Below are positions 1-9,448 of a DNA stretch of 32,000 nt, one piece after another. Origin of the DNA: Escherichia coli O121 str. RM8352 (GTDB taxonomy: Bacteria; Pseudomonadota; Gammaproteobacteria; Enterobacterales; Enterobacteriaceae); assembly GCF_003112145.1 (NCBI RefSeq), contig NZ_CP028110.1; one strand, given 5' to 3'. The translations under genes and the position numbers were made by a program. Position 1 is the stretch's first letter; every line of letters starts with the position of its first letter. The notes under the pieces were generated by a model, which did not search any database, was not told the DNA's origin, and worked only from the letters and a program-made list of their open reading frames with translations.

Positions 1-1
1 A

Positions 2-772
2 GCCAGCCGTCGCGTTTCGGCCTATTTTGGCGAGCAACTCGGCACACCATCGGTGATGAACATCTGGATCCCGGATGGTATGAAAGATATCACCGTTGAC
101 CGTCTCGCCCCGCGTCAGCGTCTGCTGGCAGCACTGGATGAGGTGATCAGCGAGAAGCTAAACCCTGCGCACCATATCGACGCCGTTGAGAGCAAATTGT
201 TTGGCATTGGCGCAGAGAGCTACACGGTTGGCTCCAATGAGTTTTACATGGGGTATGCCTCCAGCCGCCAGACTGCGCTGTGCCTGGACGCCGGGCACTT
301 CCACCCGACTGAAGTGATTTCCGACAAGATTTCCGCCGCCATGCTGTATGTGCCGCAGTTGCTGCTGCACGTCAGCCGTCCGGTTCGCTGGGACAGCGAT
401 CACGTAGTGCTGCTGGATGATGAAACCCAGGCAATTGCCAGTGAGATTGTGCGTCACGATCTGTTTGACCGGGTGCATATCGGCCTTGACTTCTTCGATG
501 CCTCTATCAACCGCATTGCCGCGTGGGTCATTGGTACACGCAATATGAAAAAAGCCCTGCTGCGTGCGTTGCTGGAACCTACCGCTGAGCTGCGCAAGCT
601 GGAAGCGGCGGGCGATTACACTGCGCGTCTGGCACTGCTGGAAGAGCAGAAATCGTTGCCGTGGCAGGCGGTCTGGGAAATGTATTGCCAACGTCACGAT
701 ACGCCAGCAGGTAGCGAATGGCTGGAGAGCGTGCGGGCTTATGAGAAAGCGATTTTGAGCCAGCGTGGGTAA
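2..772 (+). CDS. rhaA: L-rhamnose isomerase, 3' part (truncated by the window start)
   Basis: Frame is open from base 2 ([26 protein letters not shown]...) to the stop at 772. Sequence matches the recalled RhaA C-terminus and is followed by rhaD and rhaM. Confidence 0.95.
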   Translation, partial: ASRRVSAYFGEQLGTPSVMNIWIPDGMKDITVDRLAPRQRLLAALDEVISEKLNPAHHIDAVESKLFGIGAESYTVGSNEFYMGYASSRQTALCLDAGHFHPTEVISDKISAAMLYVPQLLLHVSRPVRWDSDHVVLLDDETQAIASEIVRHDLFDRVHIGLDFFDASINRIAAWVIGTRNMKKALLRALLEPTAELRKLEAAGDYTARLALLEEQKSLPWQAVWEMYCQRHDTPAGSEWLESVRAYEKAILSQRG

Positions 773-777
773 ACACT

Positions 778-812
778 GCCGGATGCGGCACGAGCGCCTT
801 ATCCGGCCTACG
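778..812. repeat. REP-type palindromic element (tgccggatgcggcacgagcgccttatccggcctac)
   Basis: Canonical GCCGGATGCGGC...GCCTTATCCGGCCTAC core in the rhaA-rhaD intergenic region. Confidence 0.85.
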
Positions 813-837
813 GGTCGAATGTCCATGCGGGCTGTCA

Positions 838-960
838 CCCTCACCCCGGCCCTCTCCCTGAAAGGGCGAGGGAGAAAAACATAGCCTCGTGCGGCAACGG
901 AGCTGAACACTGCTCCGGACAGTCCCCTCGCCCCTACGGGGAGAGGGTTAGGGTGAGGGG
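838..960. repeat. Long imperfect inverted repeat (ccctcaccccggccctctccct...aggg...agagggttagggtgagggg), interspersed palindromic element
   Basis: The left arm (838-873) is complementary to the right arm (923-960). Each arm also contains a smaller hairpin (ccct...aggg; cccctacgggg). Confidence 0.75.
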
Positions 961-1013
961 AACAAGCAGCACCATGTCTAAACAAGGCAACCTAATTTAC
1001 AGGAACACAGAAC

Positions 1014-1838
1014 ATGCAAAACATTACCCAGTCCTGGTTTGTCCAGGGAATGATCAAAGCCACCACCGACGCCTGGCTGAAAGGCTGGGACGAGCGCAAT
1101 GGTGGTAACCTGACGCTGCGCCTGGATGACGCCGATATCGCGCCTTATCACGGCAACTTTCATGCACAACCGCGCTATATCCCGCTCAGCCAGCCCATGC
1201 CTTTACTGGCAAATACACCGTTTATTGTCACCGGCTCCGGCAAATTCTTCCGTAACGTCCAGCTTGATCCTGCAGCTAACTTAGGCGTCGTAAAAGTCGA
1301 CAGCGACGGCGCGGGCTACCATATTCTCTGGGGGTTAACCAACGAAGCCGTCCCCACTTCCGAACTTCCGGCTCACTTCCTTTCCCACTGCGAGCGCATT
1401 AAAGCCACCAACGGTAAAGATCGGGTGATCATGCACTGCCACGCCACCAACCTGATCGCCCTCACCTATGTACTTGAAAACGACACCGCGGTCTTTACTC
1501 GCCAACTGTGGGAAGGCAGCACCGAGTGTCTGGTGGTATTCCCGGATGGCGTTGGCATTCTGCCGTGGATGGTGCCCGGCACGGACGAAATCGGCCAGGC
1601 GACCGCACAAGAGATGCAAAAACATTCGCTGGTGTTGTGGCCCTTCCACGGCGTCTTCGGCAGCGGGTCGACGTTGGATGAAACATTCGGTTTAATCGAC
1701 ACCGCAGAAAAATCAGCACAAGTATTAGTGAAGGTTTATTCGATGGGCGGCATGAAACAGACCATCAGCCGTGAAGAGTTGATAGCGCTCGGCAAGCGCT
1801 TCGGCGTTACACCACTAGCCAGTGCGCTGGCGCTGTAA
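1014..1838 (+). CDS. rhaD: Rhamnulose-1-phosphate aldolase
   Basis: 274 aa ORF ([32 protein letters not shown]...), class II aldolase type, downstream of rhaA. Confidence 0.96.
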   Translation: MQNITQSWFVQGMIKATTDAWLKGWDERNGGNLTLRLDDADIAPYHGNFHAQPRYIPLSQPMPLLANTPFIVTGSGKFFRNVQLDPAANLGVVKVDSDGAGYHILWGLTNEAVPTSELPAHFLSHCERIKATNGKDRVIMHCHATNLIALTYVLENDTAVFTRQLWEGSTECLVVFPDGVGILPWMVPGTDEIGQATAQEMQKHSLVLWPFHGVFGSGSTLDETFGLIDTAEKSAQVLVKVYSMGGMKQTISREELIALGKRFGVTPLASALAL

Positions 1839-1847
1839 GGAGCAAAC

Positions 1848-2162
1848 ATGATCCGCAAAGCCTTTGTCATGCAGGTAAACCCCGACGCCCACGAAGAGTA
1901 TCAGCGTCGGCATAATCCCATCTGGCCGGAACTGGAAGCAGTGTTGAAATCTCACGGTGTGCATAACTACGCCATTTACCTCGACAAAGCGCGTAATCTG
2001 CTGTTTGCCATGGTAGAGATTGAATCTGAAGAACGGTGGAATGCGGTAGCCAGCACTGATGTTTGCCAACGTTGGTGGAAATATATGACCGATGTTATGC
2101 CCGCTAACCCGGATAACAGCCCGGTGAGTAGCGAGCTGCAAGAAGTGTTTTACCTGCCGTAA
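1848..2162 (+). CDS. rhaM: L-rhamnose mutarotase
   Basis: 104 aa [33 protein letters not shown]..., last gene after rhaD. Confidence 0.95.
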   Translation: MIRKAFVMQVNPDAHEEYQRRHNPIWPELEAVLKSHGVHNYAIYLDKARNLLFAMVEIESEERWNAVASTDVCQRWWKYMTDVMPANPDNSPVSSELQEVFYLP

Positions 2163-2462
2163 TTGCCCAATGTGCCAGAGATGCCTCCGGCACAATATTT
2201 TAAATTTCGATTTGAAAAATTAAACATATTACATCTCCCGGTAAGTTATATTTCCCTGATACATTGTGAGTAAATCACAAAAATAATGAATAACCCATTA
2301 ATGATTCATGTGGTTTATTTAAATAACCATTATGTGCATTACTCCGCAAATCTGACCTTTCACTCTGTCTCAAATTGTCATTGTTTACCGACATATCGCC
2401 TCTCATCACTTAATCGCTCCACCATTACAATTGATTAAAATATATTTTATGGAGTCCGATTA

Positions 2463-2909
2463 ATGGCAGCTCTTACTGCAAGCTGTATTGACCTGAATAT
2501 TCAGGGCAATGGCGCTTATTCCGTTCTGAAGCAGTTGGCGACAATAGCGTTACAAAACGGTTTTATCACCGACTCACACCAGTTCCTGCAAACCCTGCTG
2601 CTGCGCGAAAAAATGCACTCTACTGGATTTGGTTCCGGTGTCGCCGTGCCGCACGGTAAAAGCGCCTGCGTTAAACAACCGTTCGTATTATTCGCCCGCA
2701 AAGCGCAGGCTATTGACTGGAAAGCCAGCGATGGCGAAGACGTCAATTGCTGGATCTGCCTCGGCGTGCCGCAAAGCGGCGAAGAGGATCAGGTCAAAAT
2801 CATCGGCACACTGTGTCGCAAAATTATCCACCAGGATTTTATTCATCAACTGCAACAGGGCGACGCCGACCAGGTGCTTGCCTTGTTAAATCAAACCCTC
2901 AGCTCATAA
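2463..2909 (+). CDS. frvA: PTS system EIIA component, fructose/mannitol type
   Basis: 148 aa with the EIIA active-site context GSGVAVPHGKS. First gene of the frvABXR order. Confidence 0.93.
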   Translation: MAALTASCIDLNIQGNGAYSVLKQLATIALQNGFITDSHQFLQTLLLREKMHSTGFGSGVAVPHGKSACVKQPFVLFARKAQAIDWKASDGEDVNCWICLGVPQSGEEDQVKIIGTLCRKIIHQDFIHQLQQGDADQVLALLNQTLSS

Positions 2910-2919
2910 GGAAGTGGCG

Positions 2920-4371
2920 ATGGAGTCATCCTTACGTATTGTCGCGATCACCAACTGCCCCGCCGGGATCGCTCACACCTACATGGTGGCGGAAGCCCTG
3001 GAACAGAAAGCCCGTTCTCTCGGTCATACCATTAAAGTTGAAACTCAAGGATCAAGCGGCGTCGAAAACCGCTTATCCAGCGAAGAGATTGCCGCTGCCG
3101 ATTACGTCATTCTCGCTACCGGGCGTGGCCTGAGCGGTGACGATCGCGCGCGGTTTGCCGGGAAGAAGGTTTATGAGATTGCCATCTCCCAGGCGCTGAA
3201 AAATATCGATCAGATTTTCAGTGAATTACCAACAAACTCGCAGCTTTTTGCTGCAGATAGCGGCGTGAAGCTTGGCAAACAGGAAGTGCAAAGCGGCAGC
3301 GTGATGAGCCACCTGATGGCGGGCGTCTCTGCGGCGCTGCCGTTTGTCATCGGCGGCGGTATTCTGGTGGCGCTTGCCAACATGCTGGTGCAGTTCGGTT
3401 TGCCATATACCGATATGTCGAAAGGTGCGCCGTCGTTTACCTGGGTAGTTGAATCCATCGGTTACCTCGGCTTCACCTTTATGATCCCCATCATGGGCGC
3501 TTATATCGCCTCGTCGATTGCCGATAAACCGGCTTTCGCTCCGGCGTTTCTGGTTTGCTATCTGGCGAACGACAAAGCCCTGCTCGGCACCCAGTCGGGT
3601 GCGGGATTTCTCGGCGCGGTGGTGCTGGGGCTGGCGATTGGCTATTTCGTCTTCTGGTTCCGTAAAGTGCGCCTTGGCAAAGCATTACAACCGCTGCTCG
3701 GTTCCATGCTGATCCCGTTCGTCACTCTGCTGGTTTTCGGCGTGCTCACTTACTACGTTATCGGACCGGTGATGTCCGACCTCATGGGCGGGCTGCTCCA
3801 CTTCCTGAATACCATTCCTCCATCAATGAAGTTTGCGGCAGCGTTTCTGGTCGGTGCGATGCTGGCGTTCGATATGGGCGGCCCCATCAATAAAACCGCC
3901 TGGTTCTTCTGCTTCTCACTGCTGGAAAAACACATTTATGACTGGTACGCCATCGTCGGCGTTGTCGCGCTGATGCCGCCCGTCGCGGCGGGTCTTGCGA
4001 CGTTCATTGCGCCCAAACTGTTTACCCGACAGGAAAAAGAGGCTGCCAGTAGTGCCATTGTGGTCGGTGCCACAGTCGCAACCGAACCGGCTATTCCTTA
4101 CGCTCTGGCAGCTCCGTTGCCGATGATTACCGCCAATACGCTGGCGGGCGGCATTACCGGCGTGCTGGTGATCGCTTTCGGAATCAAACGTCTGGCACCT
4201 GGTTTGGGTATCTTTGACCCGCTGATCGGCCTGATGTCGCCGGTGGGTTCGTTTTATCTGGTGCTGGCGATTGGCCTCGCGCTGAACATTTCATTCATTA
4301 TCGTCCTGAAAGGATTGTGGTTACGCCGCAAAGCGAAAGCCGCGCAACAGGAGCTTGTCCATGAACATTGA
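2920..4371 (+). CDS. frvB: PTS system EIIBC component, fructose family
   Basis: ORF with an EIIB domain (ITNCPAGIAHTYMVAEAL) and an EIIC membrane domain. The start is probably MESS or MAMESS near 2914-2920. Confidence 0.93.
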   Translation: MESSLRIVAITNCPAGIAHTYMVAEALEQKARSLGHTIKVETQGSSGVENRLSSEEIAAADYVILATGRGLSGDDRARFAGKKVYEIAISQALKNIDQIFSELPTNSQLFAADSGVKLGKQEVQSGSVMSHLMAGVSAALPFVIGGGILVALANMLVQFGLPYTDMSKGAPSFTWVVESIGYLGFTFMIPIMGAYIASSIADKPAFAPAFLVCYLANDKALLGTQSGAGFLGAVVLGLAIGYFVFWFRKVRLGKALQPLLGSMLIPFVTLLVFGVLTYYVIGPVMSDLMGGLLHFLNTIPPSMKFAAAFLVGAMLAFDMGGPINKTAWFFCFSLLEKHIYDWYAIVGVVALMPPVAAGLATFIAPKLFTRQEKEAASSAIVVGATVATEPAIPYALAAPLPMITANTLAGGITGVLVIAFGIKRLAPGLGIFDPLIGLMSPVGSFYLVLAIGLALNISFIIVLKGLWLRRKAKAAQQELVHEH

Positions 4372-5431
4372 GTTACTGCAACAGTTGTGCGAAGCCAGCG
4401 CCGTCAGCGGCGATGAACAGGAAGTTCGCGACATTCTGATAAACACGCTGGAACCTTGCGTGAATGAAATCACCTTCGATGGTCTGGGCAGCTTTGTTGC
4501 CCGTAAGGGGAATAAAGGTCCAAAAGTTGCCGTTGTCGGACATATGGATGAAGTCGGCTTTATGGTCACCCACATCGACGAGAGCGGTTTTCTGCGTTTT
4601 ACCACCATTGGCGGCTGGTGGAATCAGTCGATGCTCAACCACCGGGTAACCATACGCACACACAAGGGAGTGAAAATCCCTGGTGTGATTGGTTCCGTCG
4701 CGCCTCATGCGTTAACGGAAAAGCAAAAGCAACAACCGCTGTCATTTGATGAGATGTTCATTGATATTGGCGCGAACAGTCGCGAAGAGGTGGAAAAGCG
4801 CGGCGTGGAAATTGGTAATTTTATTAGCCCGGAAGCCAATTTTGCCTGCTGGGGCGAAGATAAAGTGGTCGGCAAGGCGTTGGATAACCGCATCGGCTGC
4901 GCAATGATGGCTGAACTATTGCAGACGGTGAATAATCCCGAAATTACGCTGTATGGCGTTGGCAGTGTGGAAGAAGAAGTTGGGCTACGCGGGGCGCAAA
5001 CCTCGGCGGAACACATTAAACCGGACGTCGTGATCGTGTTGGATACCGCCGTAGCGGGCGATGTTCCGGGCATTGATAACATTAAATACCCGCTGAAACT
5101 GGGCCAGGGGCCGGGGCTGATGCTGTTTGACAAGCGCTACTTCCCCAACCAGAAACTGGTAGCAGCGTTAAAAAGCTGTGCCGCACATAACGATTTACCG
5201 CTGCAATTTTCCACCATGAAAACCGGTGCGACGGATGGCGGGCGCTACAACGTGATGGGCGGCGGGCGTCCGGTTGTTGCGCTGTGCCTGCCAACCCGCT
5301 ATCTGCACGCTAACAGCGGCATGATTTCAAAAGCCGATTACGATGCTCTGCTCACGTTGATACGGGATTTTCTGACCACCTTAACCGCGGAGAAAGTCAA
5401 CGCGTTTAGCCAGTTCCGTCAGGTGGATTAA
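4361..5431 (+). CDS. frvX: M42-family glutamyl aminopeptidase-like peptidase / endo-1,4-beta-glucanase homologue
   Basis: ORF 4355-5431, likely start MNIELLQQ. Contains VVGHMDEVGFMV, DNRIGC and VGSVEEEVGLRGA metal-site motifs. Overlaps the frvB end and the frvR start. Confidence 0.93.
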   Translation: MNIELLQQLCEASAVSGDEQEVRDILINTLEPCVNEITFDGLGSFVARKGNKGPKVAVVGHMDEVGFMVTHIDESGFLRFTTIGGWWNQSMLNHRVTIRTHKGVKIPGVIGSVAPHALTEKQKQQPLSFDEMFIDIGANSREEVEKRGVEIGNFISPEANFACWGEDKVVGKALDNRIGCAMMAELLQTVNNPEITLYGVGSVEEEVGLRGAQTSAEHIKPDVVIVLDTAVAGDVPGIDNIKYPLKLGQGPGLMLFDKRYFPNQKLVAALKSCAAHNDLPLQFSTMKTGATDGGRYNVMGGGRPVVALCLPTRYLHANSGMISKADYDALLTLIRDFLTTLTAEKVNAFSQFRQVD

Positions 5432-7179
5432 TGCTAAACGAACGCCAGTTAAAGATTGTCGATCTGCTGGAGCAACAGCCGCGCACGCCTGGTGAGCTGG
5501 CGCAACAGACTGGCGTTTCAGGCAGGACCATCCTGCGTGATATTGACTATCTCAACTTTACCCTTAACGGCAAAGCCCGCATTTCCGCCAGTGGTAGTGC
5601 GGGCTATCAGCTGGAAATCTTCGAGCGCCGCAGCTTTTTTCAGTTGCTGCAAAAGCACGATAACGACGATCGGCTGCTGGCGCTGTTATTACTGAATACC
5701 TTTACTCCCCGTGCGCAACTCGCCTCGGCGCTTAATTTGCCAGAAACGTGGGTCGCAGAGCGTCTGCCCCGGTTAAAACAGCGTTATGAACGCGCTTGTT
5801 GCCTGGCCAGCCGCCCCGGTTTGGGCCATTTCATTGATGAGACAGAAGAGAAGCGCGTTATCTTGCTGGCGAACTTGCTGCGCAAAGATCCGTTTTTAAT
5901 TCCGCTGGCGGGCATAACACGAGACAACCTTCAGCATTTATCCACGGCCTGCGACAACCAACACCGCTGGCCGCTCATGCAGGGTGATTATCTCTCCAGC
6001 CTGATTCTGGCGATTTACGCCCTGCGTAATCAACTGACCGATGAGTGGCCGCAATATCCCGGTGACGAGATAAAACAAATCGTTGAACATAGCGGTCTGT
6101 TTCTTGGTGATAACGCTGTAAGAACCCTGACGGGTTTGATAGAGAAACAGCATCAGCAAGCGCAGATAATTTCTGCCGATAATGTGCAGGGGTTGCTGCA
6201 AAGGGTGCCGGGCATCGCGTCATTGAATATTATTGATACGCAGCTGGTTGAGAACATTACCGGGCATTTATTACGTTGCCTCGCCGCACCAGTGTGGATT
6301 GCTGAGCACTGCCAAAGCAGCATGAATAACCTGAAAGCCGCCTGGCCTGCGGCCTTTGATATGAGTCTGCACTTTATTACGCTACTGCGTGAACAGCTCG
6401 ATATTCCCCTTTTCGACAGCGATCTGATCGGTTTGTATTTTGCCTGTGCGCTGGAGCGGCATCAAAACGAACGCCAGCCGATCATTTTGCTCTCGGACCA
6501 GAACGCGATTGCCACTATTAATCAGCTCGCCATTGAGCGCGATGTTTTAAATTGTCGGGTAATTATTGCCCGTAGCTTAAGCGAACTTGTTGCCATTCGC
6601 GAAGAGATTGAGCCGTTATTGATCATTAACAATAGCCATTATTTACTGGAAGACGCGGTAAATAATTACATCACCGTAAAAAATATCATTACGGCTGCCG
6701 GTATCGAACAAATAAAACATTTTCTGGCGACGGCATTTATTCGCCAGCAACCGGAGCGTTTTTTCTCTGCCCCCGGAAGTTTTCATTATTCGAATGTACG
6801 CGGTGAAAGCTGGCAACATATTACCCGGCAAATTTGTGCGCAATTAGTCGCACAACACCATATTACCGCCGATGAAGCACAACGCATCATCGCCCGCGAA
6901 GGCGAAGGTGAAAACCTGATTGTTAATCGCCTCGCCATCCCACATTGCTGGAGCGAACAGGAGCGACGTTTTCGTGGATTTTTTATTACCCTCGCCCAAC
7001 CAGTTGAGGTGAATAACGAAGTCATTAACCATGTCTTGATCGCCTGCGCCGCCGCCGATGCGCGTCATGAGCTAAAAATATTTAGCTATCTGGCAAGCAT
7101 ATTGTGTCAGCATCCGGCGGAGGTTATTGCCGGGTTAACAGGATATGAGGCATTTATGGAGTTACTTCACAAGGGGTGA
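5431..7179 (+). CDS. frvR: PTS-regulated transcriptional activator/antiterminator-like regulator
   Basis: 582 aa with N-terminal HTH (RTPGELAQQTGVSGRTILRDIDYLN) and PRD/EIIA-like C-terminal regions. Confidence 0.93.
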   Translation: MLNERQLKIVDLLEQQPRTPGELAQQTGVSGRTILRDIDYLNFTLNGKARISASGSAGYQLEIFERRSFFQLLQKHDNDDRLLALLLLNTFTPRAQLASALNLPETWVAERLPRLKQRYERACCLASRPGLGHFIDETEEKRVILLANLLRKDPFLIPLAGITRDNLQHLSTACDNQHRWPLMQGDYLSSLILAIYALRNQLTDEWPQYPGDEIKQIVEHSGLFLGDNAVRTLTGLIEKQHQQAQIISADNVQGLLQRVPGIASLNIIDTQLVENITGHLLRCLAAPVWIAEHCQSSMNNLKAAWPAAFDMSLHFITLLREQLDIPLFDSDLIGLYFACALERHQNERQPIILLSDQNAIATINQLAIERDVLNCRVIIARSLSELVAIREEIEPLLIINNSHYLLEDAVNNYITVKNIITAAGIEQIKHFLATAFIRQQPERFFSAPGSFHYSNVRGESWQHITRQICAQLVAQHHITADEAQRIIAREGEGENLIVNRLAIPHCWSEQERRFRGFFITLAQPVEVNNEVINHVLIACAAADARHELKIFSYLASILCQHPAEVIAGLTGYEAFMELLHKG

Positions 7180-7182
7180 ACT

Positions 7183-7207
7183 GTGTCGGATGCGCCGCAT
7201 CCGACAC
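7183..7207. terminator. Hairpin (gtgtcggatgcg/ccgcatccgacac) between convergent frvR and yiiG
   Basis: Near-perfect inverted repeat just after the frvR stop, REP-like half element. Confidence 0.5.
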
Positions 7208-7228
7208 TGCATTTATCATCAAAAACGT

Positions 7229-8269
7229 TTAACGCAGGCTATTATAGTCATCAACCATTTCGTTGTACTCGCGTAATGCTCTCGGGAAAGAGTCTTCGAC
7301 CATCCAGCTTGAGTTTGCGTCCTGAAGTTGCTCTTTATCCCAGTCAGAGTACGGGACTTTATCTCTGATGCGGCGAACGTATTTTTTAGCCTCGAGTTGA
7401 TACTGGCCTGCCGAATTAATAAACGAGAAATTCATGCCGCCTTTATCCGCTTCTTTGGCCTGCGCCACTAGCGTTTCCAGTTCAGACACTTTCTTCATTG
7501 CCGCATCAACATCAAACTTCTCTTGCGATATCAGGTTATTAATTTGTTTCGCTGAAATCATGACTGCCAGAGAGTAGTAGTGGAATGTTTTCCCTTCTCT
7601 TTCTTCAATATTTTTCAGTTCCGCAAGCTGGCGCTTATCGTTAATTTCCTGAATCGCCGCATGATAAGATTCTGCTACAGGTTCAAAGGCTTCCAGATTT
7701 TTTAAGAATGTCTGGTGCAGCGTTTTCCCTTTCGCAAACGCATCGTCTTTATAATTTTCCTGGGTGTAATATTTATCCATTTCGTTAATGGTATTACCCA
7801 ACGCCACGGCAGCATCGATATAACTCACCGCCACGCCATCAATTGGTTGCAGCGCAGGCGTTAACGCCACAGCACTTTTTACGCCTTTTTCACACTCAGC
7901 GAGGTTGGATTCACTAATGCCGTAGATGCCATAAACAGTACGCTCTTCACCGGTAGGCCCCTGTTTAAAATCTTTCAGCCAGTCAGCATAACGCGCCAGA
8001 CTGCTCTGTACAGGGATCTGTAACTTGTTATAGCACTTGATATAGACATCCATTTTTTCGTCGAAAACCGCTTGTTCATCGACCACCGGTTGCGCAGGTG
8101 TTTCAGGTTTAGCTTCTGCTTTTGCAACGGGAGCTTCAGGAGCTGGTGCGGCAGGTTGACTATTGGCAGGCGGGGGCGTTTCTGTTTCGGCTTTTTTATC
8201 ATCACAACCCGTCAGACCGAGGGCCATGATGGCGACTATAATAGCGGAAGATAATAAATTCCTTTTCAT
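7229..8269 (-). CDS. yiiG: DUF3829-type lipoprotein
   Basis: 346 aa with lipobox (MALGLTGCDDKKAE) and a P/A/E-rich linker. Matches recalled YiiG. Confidence 0.93.
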   Translation of the reverse strand: MKRNLLSSAIIVAIMALGLTGCDDKKAETETPPPANSQPAAPAPEAPVAKAEAKPETPAQPVVDEQAVFDEKMDVYIKCYNKLQIPVQSSLARYADWLKDFKQGPTGEERTVYGIYGISESNLAECEKGVKSAVALTPALQPIDGVAVSYIDAAVALGNTINEMDKYYTQENYKDDAFAKGKTLHQTFLKNLEAFEPVAESYHAAIQEINDKRQLAELKNIEEREGKTFHYYSLAVMISAKQINNLISQEKFDVDAAMKKVSELETLVAQAKEADKGGMNFSFINSAGQYQLEAKKYVRRIRDKVPYSDWDKEQLQDANSSWMVEDSFPRALREYNEMVDDYNSLR

Positions 8270-8319
8270 TTAATTGCCTTATAAATATATAGATAAGAGA
8301 GTGAACATAATAAATGAAA

Positions 8320-8349
8320 AAATAAAACGCCACTACACGCGTTTTATTT
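8320..8349 (-). terminator. Putative terminator hairpin downstream of fdhD
   Basis: Inverted repeat aaataaaacgc(8 nt)gcgttttattt. Confidence 0.5.
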
Positions 8350-8421
8350 ATAAATAAAATAATAAAATTCACGAAATGAATAAGTCCTGCAATTTAATAT
8401 ATATCGCAGGACTTATTTTAA

Positions 8422-9255
8422 TTAATTGCTCAAACGCTGCGGATGGGTATAAACCGTTGCCCGACCCGGTTTACAAAAACCTACCAGTGTCAGATTACAG
8501 CGCTCAGCCACTTCTACAGCAAGCGTGGTCGCGGCAGACACCGCAAACAAAATCTCTACGCCGCACATCGCCGACTTTTGCACCATTTCATAACTGGCAC
8601 GACTGGAAACCAGTACCGCACCTTGCTGCCAGCTTTCCCCTTCTTGTGACCGGCGGCCTAACAGTTTGTCCAGCGCCACATGGCGACCCACGTCTTCATG
8701 CCCGCCGACCAGTTCGCCAGATGGCAACATCCAGGCAGCGGCGTGAGTACAACCAGTCAGTTGCCCCACTGGCTGAAAATCGTTGAGATGACGTAATGCA
8801 TCATCCAGTTTGTTGAGATCAAACGTCTGGGTGAACGGTAGCGGCTGCACCGGTTTTCCGATGTCATTAAGTTGCTCCACGCCGCATACGCCACAGCCCG
8901 TACGTCCCGCCAGCGCCCGGCGGCGCTCCTTCAACCCCATAAAGCGGCGGCTGGAAAGCTCAATTTGTACTTCAAGACCATTACAGGAAGGAACGACATC
9001 CATGCCGAAGATATCGCGCGGACTTTCGATTATCCCCTCGGAAAGCGAAAAACCGAGCGCAAAGTACTCAAGGTCTTTGGGCGACGCCATCATCACCACA
9101 TGTGAAATGCCGTTGTAGACCAGCGCAACGGGAACTTCTTCCGCGACCTCATCTAACCGTGGGTGTTGTAAATCATCACGCCGCCATAACTCAATTTGAC
9201 GAACACCTGTGATATTTGTCACATTTTCGATTTCTTTTTGCTGTGTTTTTTTCAC
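8422..9255 (-). CDS. fdhD: Formate dehydrogenase accessory sulfurtransferase
   Basis: 277 aa with the CGVCG motif. Divergent from fdoG. Confidence 0.96.
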
Positions 9256-9448
9256 TTTCTCTTAACCAGATAAGAACACACACACCAACATTATGGTATT
9301 CTGTTACAAACCCTTCCTGGATGGAGGGAAATTGAGCCAATTCTGGACCTTTGCGGCCCCTTCCGCAAAGAAAAATAACTCCCACTCCCTGCACACGCAG
9401 CAAGCGAATGTAAATGGGACGTGACAATGTTGAAACAAGGAGCAATCC

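Noticed and set aside
158-985. Long minus-strand ORF (275 aa) opposite rhaA
   Set aside because: It lies antisense to the well-supported rhaA coding frame and runs through the repeat cluster. No recognisable domain; a shadow ORF.
8376-8786. Plus-strand 136-aa ORF opposite fdhD
   Set aside because: Overlaps fdhD in antisense with no supporting domain.
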